From a virus, in IMG/VR virus record IMGVR_UViG_3300030107_002709, positions 68,964 to 132,963 of that record: DNA of 64,000 nucleotides. One strand, given 5' to 3'. The position numbers were made by a program, and so were the translations under genes. Each line of letters begins with the position of its first letter. The first letter of the stretch is position 1. Below, one piece after another: positions 20,801 through 27,957 of this stretch. The notes under the pieces are model-generated. The model was not told the DNA's origin and made no database searches. It was given only the letters and a program-made list of their open reading frames with translations.

Positions 20801-23800
20801 AAGAGCAGTAAATAGTGATCCAGATCCAACCCAATCCCTAGTTCTAATAGTATTACCAATACCACTTAGATCACCAAGTGATGTGTCTTCACCAAACTCA
20901 GTAGAAGTCTTACTCTCTACAGATCCACCAGCACTGAATAATGAACCACCAGTAGTAGGATCTCTGAATACAACAGAATCTGCACCAATACCTGATGTCT
21001 GAAGTGTTCCTGTTAGAGGATATACTGTAGATGTATGTACAGTTAAACCATAATCCTCTTCACCTTGTTGGATGTTAAGGTCGCCATACTCACCAAATAC
21101 TGTTGCATTATCAACGATGTTACCTTCATCATCAACAGAGAATACATTAATGGAAGACTCGTTGTAATCGAAGGTTACCGATTCAGCAGCACCACCGATG
21201 GTAGGTAAGTTATAGTAACCAACATAACTCCATGCATATCTGTAAGTGTTACCGATATATGCAGGTGCAGTAAAGATATCAAATAGTGCAGTATCTTCAG
21301 TAGGTTGATAACCAACACACTCAGCAGCACCACCTATTGAGTATAGAGAACCTTCACCAATCTGACCCCAGATAGGAATGAATCTAACATCACCAGATTC
21401 TTCTTGTGTCTTCTCATCCCCTACCTGTGGGAATGTACCATAAGGTTTCGTCTCATAGGTGAGTGGTAATTCATCAATCTCTGCCTGAGTCCATCTTGCT
21501 CTTGTTAGACTTAGGTTAAGTGATCCGAATGGAGTAGCAGTAGATGTGAATATAATCTGTCCCTGATCATACTCTCCACCATACTGAGGTTCTGCTACAG
21601 AACCATAGTCATCAACTACAGTTACAGAATCAACTATTAATCCATTATCTTCTGTTCCATATGGAATAGTTGATGATTCGTTGTATGCCCATGATATAGA
21701 TTCTGCAACTCCATTAAGAGTGAACAATCCACCTGTACCTGGAGGTGCATTCCATACAAAGCTATAGGTGTTACCAATGTATGCTGGTGCAGTGTAGATA
21801 TCAAATAGTGTTGTAGCATCACCAAGTTCTGTCGTGCTAACACATTCACTAGCTCCACCAGCACTGAATAGTGATCCACCTTGTGTAGGATCTCTGAATA
21901 CAGTAGCACTTGGAGAAGTACCAGATGTCTGGAGTGTTCCTGTAAGTGGGAGAACTGTGCTAGTCCAGAATACCCAACCATAATCCTCTTCACCACCAGA
22001 CTGAGGTGCAGTAATATCTGTTCTATTATCAAAGACAGTAGCAGCATCTGTTATAAGACCACTATCATCAGTAGTGAATACAACGATAGAATTCTCATTG
22101 TAATCATATGTTATGGACTCAGCTGCACCACCGATAGTTGGTACTGACGCATAACCAGTGTAATTCCAGCAGAAGCTATAGGTGTTACCTATACTTGCAG
22201 GTGAAGTATAGATATCGAATAGTGTTGTAGAATCTCCAAGTTCTGTTGTAGATACACATTCTGCAGCACCACCCACAGTTGGTATACTACCACTACCAGC
22301 AGGTGCTCTCCATACAAATCTATATGTGTTACCAATCCATTCAGGTGCAGTGAATATATCAATAGATCCTGTAAGAGGATATACTGTCTCACCATAGATT
22401 ACTGAACCATAATCATTCTCTGCTTCTTGTGGAAGTGCTACACTACCATCATCAAAATGATCAGTTAGATAATTTGTAGCATCTGTTACTAATCCTATAT
22501 CCTCAGTAGTGAAGGTAACAATAGAAGACTCGTTATAATCGAATGTTACAGACTCGGCAGCTCCACCGACTCTGGACATAGCACCAGAACCAGATTCACT
22601 GAAGGTAGCAGTTGCAACCATGCTACCAGCATAGTATCTACCACCAACTATCTGGAATATACCAGTTGTATTTGGTTCTACAGTTACAGATTCAGAAGCA
22701 CCACCAACTGAGAATAGAGATCCAGAACCAGTTTGACCCCAGACAGGAATGAATCGAAGATGACCTGCTTCTTCTTGTGTCTTCTCATCCCCTACCTGTG
22801 GGAATGTACCATATGGTTTGGTAGTATATTCTGGATTAAGTTCATCAATCTGTGCCTGAGTCCACAATTCTCTTGTGAGACTGAAGGTGAATGTTCCCTG
22901 TGCAGAATTAGCAGTAGAAGTGTAAGTAACTAAACCATAATTCTCTTCACCACCATACTGAACTTCTGTAACGTCACCAAGATCAACATCAGTAGTAGCA
23001 GCATCTATTACAAGACCACTATCTTCACTACTAAATGGTACAACTGTACTATCACTATAATCAAATACAACTTTCTCAACTCCACCACCAATTCTTGATA
23101 TAGAACCAGATCCAATCTCTCTAAAGATAACATATTCAGTAGCAGCACCACTAAGATCTCCTAATGAAGTATCTTCACCAAGCTCAGTAGTACTCTTACT
23201 CTCTACAGCACCAAGAGCAGTGAATATGGATACAGGATCTGCAATGTATCTTCTCTGGAAGGAATAAGTCTCACCAAAGAACTGTAGATTGGTGATGCTA
23301 TATGATCCAACTAGAGGATATGCAACAGAACTATAAAGAACAGAACCATAATCATCTTCACCCTCTTGTATATCAGCAACATTACCTTGATCAACTACTA
23401 CTGCTGCATCTGTTATCAGACCATTATCATCTGTTGAGTATGGAACGATAGATGATTCATTGTAATCGAAGGTGACTTTTTCAGCTCCACCACCAATTCT
23501 GGATATAGCACCAGATCCAATCTCTCTAAATGTTGCTTGAAGGTTAGTATATGCACCAGACCAAGTAAACAGTGCAATATCTTCAACTGGTTGATATCCA
23601 ACTGCCTCGGAAGCTCCTCCCATACTGAAGAGGTTACCACTCTGTACGAATCCATGACCCCAAGTGAATGAATAGGTATCAAAGTTATGACCTTCGGTAT
23701 CAGAAAGACCTGGATTAGTTGGATCGAAATAATTCTCTGGAGTTGAATCATTAATAACTTTAGGATCAGTCCTGATAGTAAGTCCACCCATTGAGGTTGC

Positions 23801-25243
23801 AACACCCTCATGCCAGATGTACCACCAGTTCTCTGATAACCATCCTTCAGTAACAAGACCCCAATTCTCTGAGTCAACTGGACTATCTGTTATTGATCCC
23901 CAGTTCTGAGTACTGTATCCAATCGTAGCAGTTTCATCATATCCATATGTTCTTAGTATTGCTACACCACCAGTTACAGGTAGAGAACCAGATCCTGTCC
24001 AATGATATTGGAACTTAAGATTACTATATGCACCAGACCAATTGAATAGAGTGGTCTCTCCTCCAACTACACTATCAGTTCTACACTCAGCAGATCCACC
24101 AGCACTGAATAGAGATCCAGATGCAGTCCAATGTGGTGCATTGGTTGTAAAGTCTTGACCAGTGATATGGATAGATCCTTCACCTTCCCAGTACCTAGCG
24201 TAAGTACCATCTCCTTGAATATCATAGAGAGCAACGAACTCATAGGTTCCAGTATTCGCCTCTACGTTATTCCATATAATTCCACCATTATCATATTCAC
24301 CAGCAGTAACTGGTTTGGTTGTTGTACCAAGATCTTCAGTCTCACTAAATCCATACCAAACTAATCCATTATCTTCTGTCTCTAATGTAAATCCTGACTC
24401 TTCATTAAACTCATGTACAAACTTCTCAATACCAGCACTTCCGAATGAAGCATCACCAGACATGATCTCACGACTTGTCTTGGAGTATGTCTCTCCACCA
24501 GTTAGACTGAATAATGTTGTCTTGTCTCCAAATTCTGTAGAGGTCTTAGTCTCTGAGAGACCACTTGCAGCGAATAGACCACCTGAACCTGTTCTGTCTG
24601 TAGTAAAGCTATAAGTATTAAATTCTGCCCAAGGTGCACTATTAAACTCACAATATGCTGTTGCACCTCTTACATCACCTATGTTGTATACAAATCCCCA
24701 AGATTCTTCTCCTCCATCTTTAGGATCTAGTATACCCCCAAAGTCCAAAAGACTTGGGACTGCATCGACAGCTCCCAAGTCTTCTGTGGTGAATGGTACG
24801 AATAAAAATTCGTTCCAATCTAATGTTGTTGTTACCTCACAAGTACCAGATACAGTAAGCCCACCAGAACCTAACCAGAACGCACTGCTGCGTTCCATAC
24901 CACCGCCCATCTCAAATAGGGATCCAGTACCAACCCAGAACTTCCTGATGCCTTCTACGGCGGTAGAGGCGAGGTGAGCAGTTCCATCAGCAACAAAATT
25001 ACCATGACTGAAGCTTACTCTTGATATTCCACCAGATATAGTTGCTGTTCCAAATGGGTAATGATCTGTTGATATGGAGATTTCTCCATAACTATCTTGA
25101 CTTAAATTACTTTCTGCTTCTAAATTTGTCGGAGCATCACCTATCGATCCATAATCATCCGTTACGTTAAGGACAGTAACATCGCCGTAACTTTCGGTAG
25201 AGTATAGAGAAATCGTATTTGAATCGTAGGTGTATTTGTTCAT
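14879..25243 (-). CDS. Giant acidic repeat protein (3454 aa), putative virion fibre scaffold
   Basis: Uninterrupted 10.4-kb ORF in the late cluster; dozens of GSGSLF..GAAES repeats and about 17 triple-DxG units. Confidence 0.8.
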   Translation of the reverse strand: MNKYTYDSNTISLYSTESYGDVTVLNVTDDYGSIGDAPTNLEAESNLSQDSYGEISISTDHYPFGTATISGGISRVSFSHGNFVADGTAHLASTAVEGIRKFWVGTGSLFEMGGGMERSSAFWLGSGGLTVSGTCEVTTTLDWNEFLFVPFTTEDLGAVDAVPSLLDFGGILDPKDGGEESWGFVYNIGDVRGATAYCEFNSAPWAEFNTYSFTTDRTGSGGLFAASGLSETKTSTEFGDKTTLFSLTGGETYSKTSREIMSGDASFGSAGIEKFVHEFNEESGFTLETEDNGLVWYGFSETEDLGTTTKPVTAGEYDNGGIIWNNVEANTGTYEFVALYDIQGDGTYARYWEGEGSIHITGQDFTTNAPHWTASGSLFSAGGSAECRTDSVVGGETTLFNWSGAYSNLKFQYHWTGSGSLPVTGGVAILRTYGYDETATIGYSTQNWGSITDSPVDSENWGLVTEGWLSENWWYIWHEGVATSMGGLTIRTDPKVINDSTPENYFDPTNPGLSDTEGHNFDTYSFTWGHGFVQSGNLFSMGGASEAVGYQPVEDIALFTWSGAYTNLQATFREIGSGAISRIGGGAEKVTFDYNESSIVPYSTDDNGLITDAAVVVDQGNVADIQEGEDDYGSVLYSSVAYPLVGSYSITNLQFFGETYSFQRRYIADPVSIFTALGAVESKSTTELGEDTSLGDLSGAATEYVIFREIGSGSISRIGGGVEKVVFDYSDSTVVPFSSEDSGLVIDAATTDVDLGDVTEVQYGGEENYGLVTYTSTANSAQGTFTFSLTRELWTQAQIDELNPEYTTKPYGTFPQVGDEKTQEEAGHLRFIPVWGQTGSGSLFSVGGASESVTVEPNTTGIFQIVGGRYYAGSMVATATFSESGSGAMSRVGGAAESVTFDYNESSIVTFTTEDIGLVTDATNYLTDHFDDGSVALPQEAENDYGSVIYGETVYPLTGSIDIFTAPEWIGNTYRFVWRAPAGSGSIPTVGGAAECVSTTELGDSTTLFDIYTSPASIGNTYSFCWNYTGYASVPTIGGAAESITYDYNENSIVVFTTDDSGLITDAATVFDNRTDITAPQSGGEEDYGWVFWTSTVLPLTGTLQTSGTSPSATVFRDPTQGGSLFSAGGASECVSTTELGDATTLFDIYTAPAYIGNTYSFVWNAPPGTGGLFTLNGVAESISWAYNESSTIPYGTEDNGLIVDSVTVVDDYGSVAEPQYGGEYDQGQIIFTSTATPFGSLNLSLTRARWTQAEIDELPLTYETKPYGTFPQVGDEKTQEESGDVRFIPIWGQIGEGSLYSIGGAAECVGYQPTEDTALFDIFTAPAYIGNTYRYAWSYVGYYNLPTIGGAAESVTFDYNESSINVFSVDDEGNIVDNATVFGEYGDLNIQQGEEDYGLTVHTSTVYPLTGTLQTSGIGADSVVFRDPTTGGSLFSAGGSVESKTSTEFGEDTSLGDLSGIGNTIRTRDWVGSGSLFTALGAAESVTFDYNESSIVTVGSDDYGLITDAATTNIDQGGVADIQEGEDDHGSIIYTETVYPVTGLVTLTTAPQFINNTYSFCWNFVSDSGSLFTAGGSAESATVDWESTGLFDIFTAPAYIGNTYSFVWNAPPGTGGLFSIVDAAECVTWNYAPGPVIPFSTIDWGAVTDLTHPTNDVISYGDFGLFDEDTEDYGFVIYTSDVVSNSGTYTLSLTRARWTQEEIDALNPDYLTEPYGTFPQVGDEKTQEESGDIKYEPSYAHEGSGSIFTIGGASESAVYQPTEDTVLYDIFTAPQFIGNTYRFCWNAPFVEGGLFGIGGCVEARTYDYNDSASVSFSSADYGLVTDATHPINDVINYGSVSDPTSDGEEDYESIIYSQAVDATAGTYTYSGAVTQSFSKGLYTGVGSLFSTGGAGECVSTTEFGEDTSLGDLGGAGSQSSTVVEIGSGSIFRAGGAAECRTYDYDQNAIVVFTSTDHGLVVDSVVTSDDQGSVDTIQSGGEYDYGSVLYSADAIPVTGTYVVDGSVSTAFTFGNFTGSGSLFTASGAAESSTYSPENDTCLYDIFTAPQFIGNTYSFVWNAPPGTGGLFSVGGCVEARAYAYNESASQAFSTEDNGFISDTVTTIDDHGDFGYVGDDTEDHGQVWLGATNGAAANGTLTFGGEVFEIYKPAYAHFGEGSLFTALGAAESFTTTEFGEDTSLGDLSGTHSIARTFSEVGTGSIFTVVGGAESRTYNYDINLTAITYQDDNGSITDSATTFDDQGTVHPPQDGGEYDYGSIWIGLGSQLWRSSDTVSASGTYHLGLISDTVGVARTFGHIASGSLFATGGAAEVVAYDYEDTTLYDIFTAPQFIGNTYSFSWQYYGSGNINSLGGAAESRTWHYSDTLPSVLVVDDEGNIVDATTVFADYGDLGVKWGGEEDYGSNNTLAHPGLAASGTYTIGGVANTPFVWREGCEGGTYLVSGEGIERPTTALTGEGTAYIYTAPQFVGNTYAFTWGHGFVQSGSLFSAGGAAESTTTNPPEDTLLYTVAGTRISERQTFAESGSGSITLSGAAVERQTDAEIGSGTVTLSGTGAESKSFANFDGSGSLFTAGGAVEMVAVLEGGIGLWTYSGSGIEKHTERYIGSGSATVSGEANVSIAKAPYIGSGSITISGTKAESFTPAPEIGSGSLFTTSGAAESATVDYESTYLFTIVGSTHYTFSLRHIGAGSLYTSSGAAESTTTNPPEDTALFAVGGTKAESFTPATEVGSGSITLSGAGSENYTGAFEGSGTATITGEADLIYRVRYFGSGTLFTGSGAAESVTTNPPESTSLHQIGGTRIEKAVYREIGSGSVTLSGTASTRYIPHITGSGTYTVGGACTFKVRYILTGSGNVFTAGGAAEAVGTNPPEDIALFVWSGISENQWSPSWVGQGSYFTSGEIPEPLITKHWTASGSLFSVGGAAESFSANIDGIGLYEISGSGSQRSTVSEVGSGSLWTASGASESIGTNPPESTVLYTYVGAGIEKHTERWVGSGSTTFSGAVSDIQRTFAESGSGSITISGSALESQTDDWVGSGSLFTAGGSAESTTTNPPENTVLYTWTGAGTEKHTENWVGSGSATVSGAVSDVQRTFAETGSGSLFTALGAAESISTSEISTGIFTISGDGAPSRTRPFIGSGSITISGTKAESFTPAPEIGTGTATFTGEASIRWIPSWIGSGTATISGQVTDIQITKHWTGSGSLFTASGSAESITTNPPEDTLLYTVAGNGSEARTVILSGSGTVTFSGEARTIFTPNNIGSGSIYVAGNLDERQTDHYHGSGTATISGDSDDARARSHVGSGSLFTASGAAESATVDYEDTTLYDIFGHGAEAFVRKGYVGSGSFSDIGGAVTNIKLTHNPPEDTAQYTVSGEVTNIKRSFGYTAPYGTLFAFSGGVESATVDYENILLTTIGGSADDKFVRSAYIGEGTITLSGESLNELRTFEPPFMFATII

Positions 25244-25254
25244 ACTTTACGAAA

Positions 25255-25288
25255 ACAATAAGAAGGGGGTGGAATATCTCCAACCCCC
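25255..25288 (-). terminator. Intrinsic terminator/attenuator between the 341-aa gene and the giant gene
   Basis: GGGGGTGGA-ATATC-TCCAACCCCC stem followed on the minus strand by TTCTTATTGTTTT. Confidence 0.7.
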
Positions 25289-25316
25289 ATCCTAATATAC
25301 TTAATAGTATTAATGA

Positions 25317-26342
25317 TCAGTCGAGGCTGATGTTCAATGTAACCTTAATTTGGTCACCGTTGTTCTGAATTGGGTATGGACCATTTGTAAATCTTTCAGC
25401 GAACATTATGCTGCTGTAAAGAGTTAGGTTACCAGTTCCATCCAATGCAGGAGTTGTGGTGAAGGTTGATGTTGAAGGTGTACTAAAGATTGTGTATGTC
25501 TGCTCTGTAGTTGTAGTGTTTGAAGTACCACGTGCAATGTAAATAACATCGCCTGGTTGTAAACCGTGAGCTTGAGTAACAGTTACTGAAGTATAGTCAA
25601 GTGTGATACTTGGATCAGTAGCACCCTGAATGTTATCAGTTAGAGCAACAGCAGCGTTAGCAGCATCAACGAGATAGATACGTCTTTGAGCACGATCAAT
25701 ACCACCAATAACTGTAGCGGCTGGAACAGCAGTGTTACCACCAATAGTCATTCCGATTGTAATGTTGTCCATTACGGAAGCTACGTTAGGAAGTGTGATA
25801 TAGTCGTTACCAATAACTCCAATACATACGTTTGAGTTATCACCCTTTGTTATAGTAGTAGCAGCAGCACCAACAGCAGCATCAGCAACACCTTGCACAG
25901 CAAGAGGCATATTGTTTGCTCTTACAATGTAGTAACCATATACGTTACCAGCAGCAGCATCAAATGTGAAAGTCTGTTCTGGGTAAGTAGCAGTTGTTAC
26001 AACACCAGCAGTAGCATCTTGATTAATTTTCCACTGCCCACCATTTAGGAGAATACCATACTGTTCAGTATAATCGTAACGTGATTCAGTACGGTTGTTT
26101 ACACATGTAGGATAACCTGTGTTTACAGTTTGACCATACTTGTTTGTATTACCATCTTGGTATGGTTCATAGTATGCTGTCGCACTAGGCACGTCTGCTT
26201 CAGCAGGGGTGGTGTCAGTAGTGTAAAGCTTAAGAATTAGATCCCTTGGTGCATTATCCTCTCTATCCAAAACGAAGTTGTTCTGGTTAACGAGATAACG
26301 AAGTGACTCAAGTTCGCCAATATTAGGTACTAGCAGTGCCAT
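25317..26342 (-). CDS. Virion structural protein (341 aa)
   Basis: MALLVPNIGE..LKLY..D.TP.E.D and FAERF..GP....NGDQIKVT termini typical of phage fibre/structural proteins; GGAG RBS. Confidence 0.75.
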   Translation of the reverse strand: MALLVPNIGELESLRYLVNQNNFVLDREDNAPRDLILKLYTTDTTPAEADVPSATAYYEPYQDGNTNKYGQTVNTGYPTCVNNRTESRYDYTEQYGILLNGGQWKINQDATAGVVTTATYPEQTFTFDAAAGNVYGYYIVRANNMPLAVQGVADAAVGAAATTITKGDNSNVCIGVIGNDYITLPNVASVMDNITIGMTIGGNTAVPAATVIGGIDRAQRRIYLVDAANAAVALTDNIQGATDPSITLDYTSVTVTQAHGLQPGDVIYIARGTSNTTTTEQTYTIFSTPSTSTFTTTPALDGTGNLTLYSSIMFAERFTNGPYPIQNNGDQIKVTLNISLD

Positions 26343-26384
26343 TTAATTTGTCTCCGAAAATCGTTTGTGTTGCTTACTTACGTT

Positions 26385-26392
26385 TATTTATA
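26385..26392 (-). promoter_or_regulatory. T4 late promoter TATAAATA
   Basis: Perfect consensus upstream of the 341-aa gene. Confidence 0.75.
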
Positions 26393-26416
26393 AAATAATC
26401 GCTCCTCGATTATTTA

Positions 26417-27121
26417 TCAAAGGAAAACTTTAAGAGATAACATAAATCTCCTAATCTGGTTTACCTGGTCAACTCGGAACCGTAACATATCCCCAGCTAT
26501 TAAATCTTTATCCCAATTAGTTAAAACATCACCAGATGCTTTCAAGTTTCCATTAATGGTTGGTTTATCACCACCAGTTATAGTTTGGAAGTTGGGAAAA
26601 TCGTTGAATGTACATTTCTGTACGTCCATAATAAGAATACCAACTACATCTGAAGTTAGTGTCCACGACTGGATTCTTCCAGTTACATCTATCTGTAGTT
26701 CACCTTTCTCTCCAGTGTTCATATCTACAGAACCACTACCATAAACAAAATTAATTGTTCTAGTAAGATCTGCAGTTGTTGATTGAGCAACAGTGAAAAG
26801 CTTATCTCCAGCAGAAGGTGGAGTTGGGAATATTATCTTACTCCCACTAACAGTATAATCTACTCCTGGATGTTGAAGTAATCCATTAATAGAAACAATT
26901 AACTGTCCTTCATTTGTTGGAAAGTATGGAGTGCCTCCTTCTGTTAAATCAAATTCTGTTCTCGTTCCATCGAACTGAGCAGTGAAATCATCAAGAACCT
27001 CATTATTATTCTGCAAATACTTTGCAGGTATATCATAATTTACACCAACTGCAAATTTCTTCTTGGCCTCAGAAACTATATTATAGTTTTGAGATTGTAC
27101 TGATACATTATAGGTAGGCAT
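26417..27121 (-). CDS. Baseplate/fibre-connector-like structural protein
   Basis: FDGT...F.L....L.VSINGLLQ.PG.DYTVSG..I.F..PP repeat module, also present in gp7. Confidence 0.7.
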   Translation of the reverse strand: MPTYNVSVQSQNYNIVSEAKKKFAVGVNYDIPAKYLQNNNEVLDDFTAQFDGTRTEFDLTEGGTPYFPTNEGQLIVSINGLLQHPGVDYTVSGSKIIFPTPPSAGDKLFTVAQSTTADLTRTINFVYGSGSVDMNTGEKGELQIDVTGRIQSWTLTSDVVGILIMDVQKCTFNDFPNFQTITGGDKPTINGNLKASGDVLTNWDKDLIAGDMLRFRVDQVNQIRRFMLSLKVFL

Positions 27122-27456
27122 CAGGAAACTCCAGGTGTTACTTCTATTATTCCTTCAATAACTCTTGACTTAGTACCTGAAGGTGCAGTCAAAAGAATAT
27201 CATAAACATACCTTCGAGCTTCTAAGGTAGTTGATGTAGCATTAGGAAGGGTTATTGATAATTGTCCGTTATATCTGTCTGGAAAATCAACTGTAAAGTC
27301 TGTTGATGTAGATGAAGTAAAACTTCGTTTCAATTTCGCTACAGCACTATAACCAGTTAAATTTAACGGTGTTGTATTCGCTTCATTCTGAATATTAAAG
27401 GTCGCACTAAAGTCGGTTCCTTTCTCACAAATTAAATTTATTGGTATAGCAGCCAT
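27121..27456 (-). CDS. Small structural protein (BppU/Ig-like type)
   Basis: I..G.DFS..F.....LNLTGY...RYVYD......RVIEG...VTPGV motif. Confidence 0.7.
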   Translation of the reverse strand: MAAIPINLICEKGTDFSATFNIQNEANTTPLNLTGYSAVAKLKRSFTSSTSTDFTVDFPDRYNGQLSITLPNATSTTLEARRYVYDILLTAPSGTKSRVIEGIIEVTPGVS

Positions 27457-27464
27457 CTGACATA

Positions 27465-27494
27465 TAAAGAACCCCTCACTATTTAGCGAGGGGG
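27465..27494 (-). terminator. Terminator-like hairpin with embedded late promoter variant (CTAAATA)
   Basis: Minus strand CCCCTCGCTA-AA-TAGTGAGGGG followed by TTCTTT. Confidence 0.55.
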
Positions 27495-27501
27495 AACTTT
27501 G

Positions 27502-27744
27502 TTATTCGGTTGGAGGTGTTTCTGGTGTTTCCGTTTCTGGTACTGGTAATGGTTCAGCATTAACTTCACCAGTCAAAATACCAAGGGTTTCTAGTCCACC
27601 CTGAAGCTTTGTACGATACTCTCTAAGACGAATAAGTTCTGTCTCTGCCTTAGAAATTTTATCGTTAGCATCAGAAAGTTGTTTAGTAAACTCTTCTCTC
27701 AACGCAGCTGGTTCCATAGGACCAGCATTTGGTGTTTGGGTCAT
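27502..27744 (-). CDS. Hypothetical coiled-coil protein
   Basis: ORF track; heptad pattern. Confidence 0.65.
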   Translation of the reverse strand: MTQTPNAGPMEPAALREEFTKQLSDANDKISKAETELIRLREYRTKLQGGLETLGILTGEVNAEPLPVPETETPETPPTE

Positions 27745-27759
27745 AATAAGTGATCGATC

Positions 27760-27957
27760 TTACTTATTTATTATAGCACGAATCATCGATTTTAGCTCAG
27801 CAAGTTCGGATTTTACCATCTGTAATTCCATATCAGAATATTTTGATCGAGCTCTTGCTGCTCTAATCTGATCAAATGCTTTCTTATCCTTATTGATTAT
27901 AGCACCAGTTTCCGAGTCTCTATAAAGACCGTCCTCACCTTCTACTTGGATATCCAT
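27760..27957 (-). CDS. Conserved small protein downstream of the VrlC-like gene
   Basis: VEG...LYRD..TGAIIN motif with C-terminal coiled coil. Confidence 0.75.
   Translation of the reverse strand: MDIQVEGEDGLYRDSETGAIINKDKKAFDQIRAARARSKYSDMELQMVKSELAELKSMIRAIINK

Noticed and set aside
14618-25243. Diversity-generating retroelement suggested by the Mtd-like domain and repeats
   Set aside because: No reverse transcriptase, no C-type-lectin variable region, and no repeat pair differing only at adenines was seen
14879-25243. CRISPR-like array
   Set aside because: The repeats are degenerate, in-frame coding repeats without constant repeat/unique spacer periodicity
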